From: Candidatus Zixiibacteriota bacterium
GTDB taxonomy: Bacteria; Zixibacteria; MSB-5A5; UBA10806; 4484-95
DNA length: 64,000 nt
Assembly: GCA_037441845.1 (NCBI GenBank)
Contig: JBBIRK010000007.1
Location: forward strand, 66,575 to 130,574
Reading direction: 5' to 3'
Shown: in pieces, positions 8,054 through 18,491 of the stretch
Position numbering within the stretch: position 1 is the first letter of the stretch
Layout: each line of letters starts with the position of its first letter
The notes under the pieces: model-generated
Seen by the model: only the letters and a program-made list of their open reading frames with translations
The model's database searches: none
What the model was told of the DNA's origin: nothing
Position numbers and translations under genes: made by a program

Positions 8054-11000
8054 TCATTTTCCGTTGGTCACCTGCCAATTATTGGGAACAAGCTTCACGT
8101 TAGTCTCGCCGAATTCATTCATCAGCAGTTCGACGAATTTTTTGCTCGTTTCAACGGTGAATTTTCTCGAACGTGAAACCAATTCGGCTCCGTCATCGCG
8201 CAGATGAACAACCAGCTCGCCGTCTCCGGAATGTTGGGCAAGTTGGCTTTTTAAAAACCCCAACTTTTCATCGTTCATTTCCAGTTCATTGACATATAGA
8301 TGCAAACTGCATCTGAAAACGGCAAAGGCCTCGTTCAGCATTACGATGTCCGATGCCTTGAGTTTGGGTTTTTCACCTTCTCTGGTGCTTAATATACCCT
8401 GAATCAAAACCGCATTCCCTTCGGAAAGAAGCTTTTTCTTCTTGGTTATCAGCGATTCAAACACCAGTACTTCGATAGAATCGTTGAAGTCTTCGATCAC
8501 CATCGTGGCGAAAGGCTTCTTGTTTCGGCTGATGCTATGTCGGACGGACTGTATCACGCCGCCGACTATGATCCTCCGCCCGTCGGGCAAACCCTCAAGC
8601 AAATCCAGCGATGTATCGGCGAAAGCTCTATATTCGATAAGGTTATCCTCGAGGGGATGCGACGATAAATAGAAGCCGAGCACTTTCTTTTCCATATCCC
8701 TTTTTTGGGAATCGTTCCAGGGCGCGATTTCCTTGAGCCGGGGCGCCATGGGCGTCGCGGATTCGTCGGCGGCGGAGCCGAACAAAGACGATTGCCCGAT
8801 ATCCGACTGACGACGCTCGGCCGCCCCGAATCCTATCAACAACTCGATATTCTCGTACAGCTCCGCCCGATTCGGATACAACGAATCGAATGCTCCGCAA
8901 GCGACCAGACTCTCGAGGGCTTTTTTATTCACCAAGCGAAGATCGACTCGCTGGCAAAAATCAAAAATGCTGGTGAAAGGGCCGCGTTCGCTGCGTTCTT
9001 TGACGATCGATTCGGCTGCGCCCACGCCGACATTTTTCACAGCGGCGAGACCGAAAATAATGCGGTCGTTTTCGACACAAAAATAAGCACGACTCCGATT
9101 CACGTCCGGCGGAAGCAGCTCGATTCCCATCTCATGGCATTCCTTACGGAAAAGCATTATCCTGGAGGCGTCGCTCATTTCGGAGGTCATCGATGCGGCC
9201 AGGAATTCGTGGGGAAAATGGCATTTGAGGAAGGCGGTCTTGTAAGCGATGACCGCGTAACCGGCGGAGTGGGCTTTCACGAATCCGTAGCGACCGAACG
9301 TTTCCATTTGATCGAACACCTTTTCAGCGATTTCTTTGTGTATTCCCCGCTGAGCAGCCCCCTCGATAAACTCCGTTTTCTGCGCGGCCATGACGTCGGC
9401 CTGCTTTTTCCCCATCGCTTTGCGTAGAATATCGGCTTTTCCCAGCGAAAATCCCCCCATCTCTCGGGCGATTTTCAGCACCTGCTCCTGAAACACGATT
9501 ACGCCATATGTATCCTTCAGGATCGGTTCGAGCAGGGGGTGTTCGTATTTGATCTTTTCTTTGCCATTTTTGCATTTGATATATACGTCGGTCATGCCCG
9601 AGTCGAGCGGCCCCGGCCGATAAAGCGCATTCATGGCGATCAGGTCTTCGATACAGGTTGGACCGAGCTGCCGCAAATATTCCCGCATGCCGGACGATTC
9701 GAATTGAAAAACCCCGAAAGTGCGCCCCGCGGCGAACAGCCGATAGACTTCCGGATCGTCAATAGGCATCGAATCCGGATCGAAGTCGATCCCCCGATTA
9801 CGTTTAATTTCCGCCACCGTATCTTCGATAACGGTGAGCGTTTTCAACCCAAGAAAATCCATTTTGATCAGTCCGATTTCCTCGATACAGCGCATGTCGT
9901 ATTGGGTGGTGATTTCATCTTTGTTCGATTGGTAAAGCGGCACGAATTCGGTAAGCGGGGCGGGTGCGATAACCACGCCGGCGGCATGAGTAGAGGCATG
10001 CCGGGCAAGCCCCTCGAGCACCATCGAATATTCGATTACCCTGGCGATATCCGGATTGTTGGCCTTTTCGTTGCGAAGATCGGCCGACAGCTCGAGAGCG
10101 CGCTCGAGTTTCACGGCGTCCTCATTTGGAATCATTTTCGCCACTCGATCCATCTGGCCGTAAGGGACACCCAGCACGCGACCGACGTCACGGACCACCG
10201 CGCGGGCGGCCATCGTCCCGAACGTGATGATCTGGGCCACGTTTTCGCGGCCGTATTTTCGGGTTACGTATTCTATAACCTGATCGCGCTTGCGATCGGA
10301 AAAATCGATATCGATATCGGGCATGGAAACGCGCTCAGGATTCAGAAACCTCTCGAATAGCAGGTTGTAATGTATCGGATCGATATCGGTAATCCGCAAA
10401 CAATAGGATACCAGCGAACCGGCGGCCGATCCTCGACCGGGCCCCACCGAAACTCCGATTTCCCGCGCGTAATCGATAAAATCCTTCACGATCAGAAAAT
10501 ACCCCGAATATCCCATCTGGCGGATTACGCCCAATTCGTATTCGAGACGCTTTTCCACTTCCGGAGTGATCGTTTTATAGCGACGGGCCAATCCTTCGCG
10601 GGCCACGATCTCGAGGTATTGATCCGGCGAGTCATACCCATCGGGCAGAGGAAATTTCGGCACCAAATTTTGATGCAGAGCGATTTTCAAATCGCACCTT
10701 TCGGCTATTTTCAAAGAGTTTTCGATCGCCTCGGGGACATCGGAAAAAAGCTCTTTCATCTGGTCCGCCGATTTGAAATACAATTGATCGGTGGGATAGC
10801 GCATCCGCTCTTTATCGGCTATAACCTTGCCGGTTTGCAGACACAGCAGAGCATCGTGGGCAAGGTGATGCTCCTGGCGGAGATAATGGCAGTCGTTGGT
10901 GGCCACCAAGCCCAAAGCGAATTGTCGGGCTACTCGTTTGACGGCCGAGCGTACGGCCGCCTCCTCAGCCAAACCGTGGTCCTGTATTTCCAGATAAAAA

Positions 11001-11521
11001 TCATTCTTATCGAAAATCTCCAGATAACTTTCTATCGTTTCGCTGAGCTTTTTTTCGTCACCTTTCAAGGCGGCGGCGGCGACTTCTCCTTTAAGGCAGG
11101 CGCTTAAACAAATCAAACCTTCGGCATGCCGGGCCAGCTCTTTTTTATCGATCCTCGGCTTGAAATAAAACCCCTCGAGGTAAGCAAGCGATGACAGTTT
11201 GAGCAGGTTTTTGTATCCCTGCTCGTTTTTCGCCAGCAGGATCAAATGATAGCCGCCCTCGGGAACCCCGGGAACCGGCTTTTTATAGCGGCAATCACCG
11301 GGTACGATATAGGTCTCGATGCCGATAATCGGGTTTATTCCGTGCTTCAGCGCTTGTTTATAAAACTCGATCGCACCGAATAGATTCCCGTGGTCGGTGA
11401 TCGCCAGCGATTTCATGCCCATTTCGGCGGCGGTTGCAAGCAGTTGGGGAATCTTTATGGCGCCATCGAGCAGCGAGTACATGGTATGATTATGCAGATG
11501 CACGAAATCGGAACTATCCAT
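8054..11521 (-). CDS. dnaE: DNA polymerase III alpha subunit
   Basis: PHP domain HLHNH/TDHG, GPGRGSAAGS, PDIDIDF, C-terminal OB fold; 1155 aa. Confidence 0.98.
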   Translation of the reverse strand: MDSSDFVHLHNHTMYSLLDGAIKIPQLLATAAEMGMKSLAITDHGNLFGAIEFYKQALKHGINPIIGIETYIVPGDCRYKKPVPGVPEGGYHLILLAKNEQGYKNLLKLSSLAYLEGFYFKPRIDKKELARHAEGLICLSACLKGEVAAAALKGDEKKLSETIESYLEIFDKNDFYLEIQDHGLAEEAAVRSAVKRVARQFALGLVATNDCHYLRQEHHLAHDALLCLQTGKVIADKERMRYPTDQLYFKSADQMKELFSDVPEAIENSLKIAERCDLKIALHQNLVPKFPLPDGYDSPDQYLEIVAREGLARRYKTITPEVEKRLEYELGVIRQMGYSGYFLIVKDFIDYAREIGVSVGPGRGSAAGSLVSYCLRITDIDPIHYNLLFERFLNPERVSMPDIDIDFSDRKRDQVIEYVTRKYGRENVAQIITFGTMAARAVVRDVGRVLGVPYGQMDRVAKMIPNEDAVKLERALELSADLRNEKANNPDIARVIEYSMVLEGLARHASTHAAGVVIAPAPLTEFVPLYQSNKDEITTQYDMRCIEEIGLIKMDFLGLKTLTVIEDTVAEIKRNRGIDFDPDSMPIDDPEVYRLFAAGRTFGVFQFESSGMREYLRQLGPTCIEDLIAMNALYRPGPLDSGMTDVYIKCKNGKEKIKYEHPLLEPILKDTYGVIVFQEQVLKIAREMGGFSLGKADILRKAMGKKQADVMAAQKTEFIEGAAQRGIHKEIAEKVFDQMETFGRYGFVKAHSAGYAVIAYKTAFLKCHFPHEFLAASMTSEMSDASRIMLFRKECHEMGIELLPPDVNRSRAYFCVENDRIIFGLAAVKNVGVGAAESIVKERSERGPFTSIFDFCQRVDLRLVNKKALESLVACGAFDSLYPNRAELYENIELLIGFGAAERRQSDIGQSSLFGSAADESATPMAPRLKEIAPWNDSQKRDMEKKVLGFYLSSHPLEDNLIEYRAFADTSLDLLEGLPDGRRIIVGGVIQSVRHSISRNKKPFATMVIEDFNDSIEVLVFESLITKKKKLLSEGNAVLIQGILSTREGEKPKLKASDIVMLNEAFAVFRCSLHLYVNELEMNDEKLGFLKSQLAQHSGDGELVVHLRDDGAELVSRSRKFTVETSKKFVELLMNEFGETNVKLVPNNWQVTNGK

Positions 11522-11798
11522 CGTTTTCGGATCCTTTCAAGAAAGTCACAATCGAATTCCGGCACTCCTGACAGATCTTCTGATCGAGATCGTAAATCAC
11601 TTGTTCCTCCAGCTCTCTCGCGGTCAGAGGCGACCGCTCGATGCTTTCTATTATTTCCATGGGCGATTTATGAAAAGCCGCCGGGTCGAGATAACCATCG
11701 AAATCCGATACGAGCGTCACTTTCAATCTGTAATTGTCGCCGCCTTTGCGCAGCCGCCTTCCACAGCGCTCGCATCTGCTTTTGCGATCGTCGCTCAT
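11514..11798 (-). CDS. Small zinc-finger hypothetical protein
   Basis: CERC...CQEC; stop overlaps dnaE start; alternative start 11810. Confidence 0.7.
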   Translation of the reverse strand: MSDDRKSRCERCGRRLRKGGDNYRLKVTLVSDFDGYLDPAAFHKSPMEIIESIERSPLTARELEEQVIYDLDQKICQECRNSIVTFLKGSENDG

Positions 11799-11829
11799 AT
11801 CATTAAACATATGCGGCTTTTCCGCCGGT

Positions 11830-12492
11830 TCAATCTTTTTCCAAAATTTTGAATAGAACCATGCCCGCCAAAAAACCGCCGATATGGGCGAAATAAGCCA
11901 CACCGCCTTCGGAATCGCCGACGGACGGCGCACCCACGATAAGTTGAAAGATAAACCAGAAACCGAGAAACACCAGCGCCGGAATACTCACTATTCTGAC
12001 AAAGAAAAAGACGAATATCAAGGTGTAAATGCGAGCCCGCGGAAATCTGATAAGATATGCTCCCATCACGCCCGCTATGGCTCCCGATGCCCCGATGATC
12101 GGCACCTCGGAGTTCGGCGAAACGATCACCTGAGCCAAAATCGCCAAGACTCCGCAGCAAAGGTAAAAAAACAAAAAGCGTAAGTGCCCGAGACGATCCT
12201 CAACGTTATCGCCGAATATCCATAAGAAAAGCATATTGCCGCCGAGATGCATGAAACCGCCGTGCAAAAACTGAGCCGTAATCAGCGTAAGCGGCGGGAA
12301 AAGGTTTGAATCCGGATGAACCGGGCTGAATGTAATTATCGATCTTGCCACGGCTCCGAATTTCCAGATAAACATGGTCTGAAAAGGTCCGAGCAGCTGC
12401 TGATACGCGAAAACCCCCACATTGAGCAAAATCAAGCCAACGGTGATAAACGGATAACGTCTGGAGGGAATGTCGTCTTTGAGCGGAAGCAT
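11830..12492 (-). CDS. Rhomboid family intramembrane serine protease
   Basis: FLHGGFMHLGGNM, GASGA, AHIGG. Confidence 0.95.
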   Translation of the reverse strand: MLPLKDDIPSRRYPFITVGLILLNVGVFAYQQLLGPFQTMFIWKFGAVARSIITFSPVHPDSNLFPPLTLITAQFLHGGFMHLGGNMLFLWIFGDNVEDRLGHLRFLFFYLCCGVLAILAQVIVSPNSEVPIIGASGAIAGVMGAYLIRFPRARIYTLIFVFFFVRIVSIPALVFLGFWFIFQLIVGAPSVGDSEGGVAYFAHIGGFLAGMVLFKILEKD

Positions 12493-14672
12493 CAATACTT
12501 TCCGAAAATGGCGAATTTAACGGTTGCGGTTTTCGTGTTACCCTGATTGTCGGTGGCTTTGATAGAAACGAAATGCTCGCCCTGCCGCAAAGGATTTGCA
12601 ATTTGATAGGTGTAAGTTTCGGTGGTGATGTCATAATCGGCCGGTACCCAAAGATCGTCGATTTTTATTTCCAGCTGCCACTCCCGACTAAAGCCGGAAA
12701 GGTCGTCCGAAATCCGACACTCGATTCGAGGTGTTCGCGTTCGCACCGCGCTTCCCGGCGCCGGGCTGATATTCGTTATCGAAGGCGGTTGCCGATCCTC
12801 GATAATCGCGAAATCGCCCCCGGAACCGACGAAAAACTCTTTGGTCGGGGAATCGAAGCGGGTCATAAAGACGGGCTTTTCGTCGGTCGGATTGATCCAA
12901 TAAATTCCCATCTTGTCCGTCCTCGGGGTCGAATCGGGCAGCTTGACGCTGACGGCTGCATTTTCGCGGAATAGCAGATCTACCGGTTCGATTTTGAAAA
13001 GATAGCGATCGTTTTTTCTGGTCAGATCAGTAATCCGGATCGGCGATCGGCCATAGAGATTGCGCTCGGCGATCGATAAACGGATAAGCGAATCGGCCGA
13101 GTGAACGATCTTATCGCCGCCGATCAAGTGCACCTTATAAACGGAACGGCCGTTTCCGTCGGTGATTTCGATCTTGTCCGTCCGCGCCGGCAGCGGTATA
13201 AGTCCCTGAACAAACTTTCCGTCGATATCCGACAGATTGAAATTTCCGTCTTCGATCCGATTCCCATTCAGATACAGCTCTTGCGCCCGGTCCACCGTAA
13301 TCGCCAGATAATCCCCAAAGCAAAAGAAATCATCGCTTTTTGGATCGGCCGTGAAATGAATCCACCGGCTGCTTTTTCCTTCTGCGTCCGCAATCCGCAT
13401 TCGATAGATCGCAGACCGAGCGCGGCCGGAAAATCGCAATTGATTCGTCGAACCGTCGAACTTTGAATCGATATCAATATATAGTCCTGCGGAATCCGTG
13501 CAATATTGCAATTCGACTTCATATTGCGGCGGCAATCGATCCATCACGAGAGTGATTGTCGCATCGCTTTTAACCAGCCTCCGCAATAGCGGCGGCTCCA
13601 GTTCGGCTTTCTTGAGATGGAACACCAGTGAATCCGCATTCCCCGAAAAATCGCCGACCACGATACGGCATTCGTGCACAGCGCCGTCGAGTTTCTTGGT
13701 ATCGATTATTCCGGCCGGATATCGATATGAGCCGTAAAACCGCTGCTTGTCTTCAGGCTGAACATACAAGCGATAGAAGGCGTTCTTATCTTGATCCGGC
13801 GATTGCTTATCGGTTTTCGAGAGCAACGAGGTCATTTCCTGATCGTTTACATATTTTATCTGGCGGCCGGTGGTGTAGTCGAGCGTATCGCGCTTGAAAG
13901 AAAATATTATGCGGCCGTCCAGAACCAGCCTGGCCCAATTTATTCCATAATTGAATCCGTCGCCCGGGTCATAAGCGCCCACGGACAAAACGGTCTGGCC
14001 GTAGGCGATTACGGTATCGATCGCCGCAGCATCGGCCGCCGATGATATTTCGATAATCTCCCGGTCATGATAGTTATAAGCACCATATTCTGTTAAATAG
14101 CGCTTTACCGCAAGGCGTTTTATGATGGGAGGCCGTCTGTCGCCGAGCGAGGGAAGATAATGGAGCGGATTTATGGGATAGTTGTCGGGGTCGCGGGTTT
14201 CAAGGTGAAGATGAGGGTAGCCGACTCCGCTTCGCCCGCTGTAGGCGATATGCGCACCCCTTTTCACCGGAAATTCCGAAGGTGAAAACACTATTTCCTG
14301 AAAATAGTTTCGACTGGACATCTGCGCCTTTTTCAACCTTTCGTTCAGCTCGGGCATAAACCTATCGAGATGGCCGTATACCGCCATGCCGCCGTCGTTA
14401 AGCCTTAAATACAGCGCTTTGCCGTAACCCCAAAAAGAGGTCCGCACTTTGAATATGTAGCCGTCGGCGATGGCATAAACACGCAGACCGGTTCTGCCCT
14501 GGGTTCTCAAATCGATCCCGGCATGCCAGTGCCCTCCTCTATAATCCCCGAATCGGGAGGTCGACTCGATGGGAATTTTCAGGGGCCAGGAGTAAAACGA
14601 ATCCTGTCCGAAACAATCAACCGAACAAAGAATAAAAAGCATAAAGACAAGAAACCGTGATTTGGAACTCAT
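12492..14672 (-). CDS. Large secreted M23 family metallopeptidase with C-terminal Ig-like domain
   Basis: Signal peptide, HAGID, YGHL, PHLHLE; C-terminal ..HFVSIKATDNQGN. Confidence 0.85.
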   Translation of the reverse strand: MSSKSRFLVFMLFILCSVDCFGQDSFYSWPLKIPIESTSRFGDYRGGHWHAGIDLRTQGRTGLRVYAIADGYIFKVRTSFWGYGKALYLRLNDGGMAVYGHLDRFMPELNERLKKAQMSSRNYFQEIVFSPSEFPVKRGAHIAYSGRSGVGYPHLHLETRDPDNYPINPLHYLPSLGDRRPPIIKRLAVKRYLTEYGAYNYHDREIIEISSAADAAAIDTVIAYGQTVLSVGAYDPGDGFNYGINWARLVLDGRIIFSFKRDTLDYTTGRQIKYVNDQEMTSLLSKTDKQSPDQDKNAFYRLYVQPEDKQRFYGSYRYPAGIIDTKKLDGAVHECRIVVGDFSGNADSLVFHLKKAELEPPLLRRLVKSDATITLVMDRLPPQYEVELQYCTDSAGLYIDIDSKFDGSTNQLRFSGRARSAIYRMRIADAEGKSSRWIHFTADPKSDDFFCFGDYLAITVDRAQELYLNGNRIEDGNFNLSDIDGKFVQGLIPLPARTDKIEITDGNGRSVYKVHLIGGDKIVHSADSLIRLSIAERNLYGRSPIRITDLTRKNDRYLFKIEPVDLLFRENAAVSVKLPDSTPRTDKMGIYWINPTDEKPVFMTRFDSPTKEFFVGSGGDFAIIEDRQPPSITNISPAPGSAVRTRTPRIECRISDDLSGFSREWQLEIKIDDLWVPADYDITTETYTYQIANPLRQGEHFVSIKATDNQGNTKTATVKFAIFGKY

Positions 14673-14678
14673 GCGTGC

Positions 14679-14707
14679 ATAATATCGGGCGGGCCGCCCG
14701 AGGTCAA
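14679..14707 (-). promoter_or_regulatory. sigma70-like promoter TTGACC-N17-TATTAT, probably leaderless
   Basis: -10 box ends 6 nt before ATG 14672; no SD. Confidence 0.6.
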
Positions 14708-14777
14708 GCCTTTAAGCCGTTGTTGGGATCGAACAACGACTCAGGATACGGCCGCTTTCCGCCGATAGCGATTTTAA

Positions 14778-14806
14778 TTGAAATGGGCCGGGCTTTTTTT
14801 TATTTT
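14778..14806 (+). promoter_or_regulatory. sigma70-like promoter TTGAAA-N17-TATTTT
   Basis: Motif upstream of the PPIase gene. Confidence 0.45.
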
Positions 14807-14879
14807 GCGGCGTAATATTTAGAGCGATTTCGGTCGATTCATATATCGACGGCAAAAATTGAGGAGGAGTTTACCTCGT

Positions 14880-16721
14880 ATGATGAAATCAATGCGGAAT
14901 GCGGCGAAGCCGATTTATCTGGTAGTGATTCTGGCGTTCGTGGGCACGATCATTTTCGCCTGGGGCATGGAATTTTCCCACAGACGCGACCGCCATCCGG
15001 GCGTAATCGGCAAGATCAACGACGACGAAGTCAGTGTCGACCAATACTATCGCATATACGAATCCAAGTATCAGGAACTCTTGAAAACCAATTCCGATCC
15101 CTCGGAAGCCGACCTGGAAAGAGTGCGAAACGAGGCCTGGCAGTTCCTGGTATCGCAAACCCTGCTTCAGCAACAGATCGAAAAGAATAAGATCGTTCTC
15201 ACCGACGCCGAACTGGCCGAATATGTGAAGTACGTTCCGCCCCAGGAATTTTATCAGGCGGAAGAACTGCAGACGAACGGGCAGTTCGACTTCAGTAAAT
15301 ATCAAAACTATATCCAGTCGCTGGCCAGCTCTCAGGATCCACGGGCGGAGCAGATGCTCATGATCATAGAGCAATCGGTGCGATCGCAGATAATGGTTTC
15401 CAAATTGCAGGAACTGGTCGTGTCAACGGCGATCGTCTCCCCGGCCGAGGTCGAAGAAGATTTTCGGGAAAAAGGCGAAAAGATGCAGGTAAATTTCATT
15501 TTTCTTTCCGGAAATAATATCGACACCTCGGGCATAACAGTGAGCGAATCGGAAATCAAAGCCAGATACGAACAAGTGAAAGAGAAAGAATTCAAATCCG
15601 ACCCGACGGCCACGCTTAGATATATCATGCTCAACAAGGTCGCCTCGGCGGCCGACGATTCCGCCGCCAAGTTGCAAATCGATGAATTATACCGGCGGGC
15701 CTTGGCGGGAGAGGATTTCGCCGCTCTGGCGATGGAAAATTCGCAGGACCCGGGCAGCGGAAAAAACGGCGGTGATCTCGGCTGGTTCGGCCGGGGAAGG
15801 ATGGTGAAACCTTTTGAAGATGCCGCTTTCGGCTTGAAAAATATCGGGGACATATCGGCTCCCGTCAAATCGCAGTTCGGCTGGCACATAATCAAGCTCA
15901 CCGGCCGCAAAACCGAAAAAAACGCAAAAGGTGAAAACGAGGAACAGATTCAAGCCAGCCACATATTATTGAAAGTGGAACCATCGCCGGCCACTCTGAC
16001 CAAATTGCAGGACCAGGCTCACGAACTAAAACAAATAGCCGAGGCGAAAAATATCGACGAAGCGGCCAAAACGGCGGACCTGAGCGTGATGGAGACCAAG
16101 CCTTTCGGCAAGGGTCAATACGTTCCCGGGATCGGCCAGGAGCCGCAGCTTGTCGAGTTCGCTTTCGAGGCCAAGCCGGGCGCAATCAGTGATATCAAAG
16201 AAACAAAACAAGCGTTCATAATCGCCACGCCCGGAACTAGGAAGCCAGCCGGATATAAAAGTTTCGATGAGGTCAAGGCCCAGCTCGAAAAAACGATAAA
16301 GGTCGAAAAGATGGTCGATCGGGCTTTCGCCAAAGCCGAAAAGCTTTACGGCGAACTTGAAGCCGGCGCCACTCTCAAAATGATCAGTGAAAGAGAGAAT
16401 CTGCCGATCAAGGAAACGCGACCGTTCGCCCGCCACGAGTTCGTCGATTTCGTCGGCAGCGAACCGGCATTCATCGGAGCGGCGTTCCACCTTTCGGAAA
16501 CGAATCGTTACTCCAAGCCGGTCCGCGTAAAAACCGGAGTGTATCTGCTCGAATACGTAAACCGTATCCCCGCCGATATGTCAAGATACGCGGCCATGTC
16601 GGATTCACTTTACAAAGAGGCGGTGAACAAAAAGCGAAACGATTTGTGGCAAGCTTGGTTCAGGAATCTGACCAACACCGCCAAAATCGAGGATTACCGA
16701 AACGATGCCGGCGGCGCCTGA
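14880..16721 (+). CDS. PpiD/SurA-family parvulin peptidyl-prolyl isomerase chaperone
   Basis: N-terminal TM, SurA_N-like region, [22 protein letters not shown]...MVKPFE, FGWHII; SD GAGGAG. Confidence 0.92.
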   Translation: MMKSMRNAAKPIYLVVILAFVGTIIFAWGMEFSHRRDRHPGVIGKINDDEVSVDQYYRIYESKYQELLKTNSDPSEADLERVRNEAWQFLVSQTLLQQQIEKNKIVLTDAELAEYVKYVPPQEFYQAEELQTNGQFDFSKYQNYIQSLASSQDPRAEQMLMIIEQSVRSQIMVSKLQELVVSTAIVSPAEVEEDFREKGEKMQVNFIFLSGNNIDTSGITVSESEIKARYEQVKEKEFKSDPTATLRYIMLNKVASAADDSAAKLQIDELYRRALAGEDFAALAMENSQDPGSGKNGGDLGWFGRGRMVKPFEDAAFGLKNIGDISAPVKSQFGWHIIKLTGRKTEKNAKGENEEQIQASHILLKVEPSPATLTKLQDQAHELKQIAEAKNIDEAAKTADLSVMETKPFGKGQYVPGIGQEPQLVEFAFEAKPGAISDIKETKQAFIIATPGTRKPAGYKSFDEVKAQLEKTIKVEKMVDRAFAKAEKLYGELEAGATLKMISERENLPIKETRPFARHEFVDFVGSEPAFIGAAFHLSETNRYSKPVRVKTGVYLLEYVNRIPADMSRYAAMSDSLYKEAVNKKRNDLWQAWFRNLTNTAKIEDYRNDAGGA

Positions 16722-17124
16722 ACATTGGCAGACAAAATCGCAATCTAACATTCGGCCCCGCCACCCCAAATTTCATTCAGGCGGGGCATCGTTATTGTGG
16801 CTGATCATTTTATTGATCGTAGCCGGATGCTCCCAAAACCATCCTATGGAAGATGAAAGGAAATTCATCGAATCGTATTGCGAGATAATGCGTTTCTATT
16901 CCGAAAGTGTTTTTGATTCGGCTCAATATCGAATAGGCGTGGATAGTATTCTGGCCAATCACGGAGTCGATCGGCGATTCATGAGAAATTTCGTGGACAA
17001 TTTGGCAGGCGATGCGGAAACGCAAAAACGTATTTTCAAGGAAATCGCTCGAATAAGCAGTTTACCCGATTCGATATCAACGAAAGCCGGGCGTTCAAAA
17101 AGCGTCTCATCCGAAATCCCCTAA
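16705..17124 (+). CDS. Hypothetical lipoprotein (start uncertain)
   Basis: Hydrophobic stretch with lipobox VAGC, helical body. Confidence 0.55.
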   Translation: MPAAPEHWQTKSQSNIRPRHPKFHSGGASLLWLIILLIVAGCSQNHPMEDERKFIESYCEIMRFYSESVFDSAQYRIGVDSILANHGVDRRFMRNFVDNLAGDAETQKRIFKEIARISSLPDSISTKAGRSKSVSSEIP

Positions 17125-17213
17125 AATTCATAGATAAGAAATCAGTTCGCCACCATAAATGACCAATGCGAAATCCCGCCGCCGGCAACGGCAAAATCGA
17201 TAATCAGCTGTTT

Positions 17214-17594
17214 TCAGTCCAGGTCATCCGGCGCCCGAAATGCGTCTTCAATATGATCGACCGCACTATCACCTGCGGCCAGGTTCACGATCATCACATC
17301 GAATCGGCAGGAATAGTCGTCATCTTGATCGATTTGGGAAAGATAGGCCCGTGCCGCGTGGGCGATGCGCTTCAGCTTGCGCAAATCAAGGCGATACTCG
17401 GGCTGATTGAATTCGGGAGAAGCGAAACTTTTAACTTCGATAAACACGATCGTCTTTCCATCGCGGGCGATAATATCGATTTCGGGAGAGCGCAACCGCC
17501 CTTTGCCTCTCCAGTTTCTGGCCAGTATTTCATAACCGTTCTTAATCAGAAAATCGCAAGCGAGGACTTCACCTTCGGCACCTTTTCTCCTCAT
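17214..17594 (-). CDS. yraN: YraN (UPF0102) family nuclease-fold protein
   Basis: GAEGE..A..FL...GY.IL.RNW, EIDIIA, FIEVK, RFDV; TAATG overlap with upstream gene. Confidence 0.9.
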   Translation of the reverse strand: MRRKGAEGEVLACDFLIKNGYEILARNWRGKGRLRSPEIDIIARDGKTIVFIEVKSFASPEFNQPEYRLDLRKLKRIAHAARAYLSQIDQDDDYSCRFDVMIVNLAAGDSAVDHIEDAFRAPDDLD

Positions 17595-18031
17595 TAAGAT
17601 CGACTCCCGATCGTCCGGGCGGCTATCGAGGTCACGATAACCGCCAGCAAAAGACGCGGCAGCACCAGTATCCACCATACGGCACCCTGGGCCACGAAAA
17701 GCAGTGTGTCCTCCATTATGGCGTGAAACAGCCCGAGAAACACGGCAACCAGAAATGCCTGATCACTGCCGATCCGCCCCTTTTTGGTTTCTCCTATTAG
17801 TACTCCGGCACCATACGATATGCCGAACAGCATTCCGGCCAAAAGCGGGAAAACGGAATCTTTCTTGAAACCCAAAAATTCGATAGCCGGAGCTATTCCT
17901 TTTACGATTTTTTCGAGAATTCCGTAACCGCGCGATATCTCGAGAGCGATCATCAACGGCATGATTATGACGAAAACCATTCCGAGCAATTTGATCAACC
18001 CAAGCGATGTGGCGACGGCGAAATCGATCAT
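17594..18031 (-). CDS. Nucleoside-recognition (Gate) domain membrane protein
   Basis: PLLAGMLFGISYGAGV, HAIMEDT. Confidence 0.8.
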   Translation of the reverse strand: MIDFAVATSLGLIKLLGMVFVIIMPLMIALEISRGYGILEKIVKGIAPAIEFLGFKKDSVFPLLAGMLFGISYGAGVLIGETKKGRIGSDQAFLVAVFLGLFHAIMEDTLLFVAQGAVWWILVLPRLLLAVIVTSIAARTIGSRS

Positions 18032-18483
18032 AGCGTTTCCGGAAGCAACAGGTTCAAGAGAAAACCCATGCCGAGACCGACGATCATGCGCAATGAAAAA
18101 ACCACCCAAGGACGGGCGTTCATCCGCGCCACGACCGCCGTTTCCATGAAATGCGTGTGCGAAATTCCCAGCATGACCCCCAATATGGTAACCTGCCTGG
18201 CGGTCAGTCCCAAACCGGCGAAAGCGGCTATGGCAGCATAGATATTTATGGTCCAGCCCAACACTATCGCCAACGCGGTGCCTCCGGGCAGACCGAAATA
18301 TTTCATGTAAGGAGTAAGATGGTCCGAAATAATCCCGAGGATTTCCAGGTGTTTCAGCAGCGATACGAAAACATATACCGGAGCCATTATTTTCAGCAAA
18401 GCCAAGAAAGAATACATGCCCTGCCGGACGCCCTCCAGTATCAGCTGAATCAGCGATCTATCGACGGGCTTAACCGCAGACAA
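18028..18483 (-). CDS. Nucleoside-recognition (Gate) domain membrane protein
   Basis: P.M..FGLPG, NIYAAIAA, SHT..MET; ATGA overlap with partner gene. Confidence 0.8.
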   Translation of the reverse strand: MSAVKPVDRSLIQLILEGVRQGMYSFLALLKIMAPVYVFVSLLKHLEILGIISDHLTPYMKYFGLPGGTALAIVLGWTINIYAAIAAFAGLGLTARQVTILGVMLGISHTHFMETAVVARMNARPWVVFSLRMIVGLGMGFLLNLLLPETL

Positions 18484-18491
18484 GGGATTAC

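Noticed and set aside
8054..11521. Possible intein or split in dnaE
   Set aside because: Ordinary length, motifs contiguous, no intein signature seen
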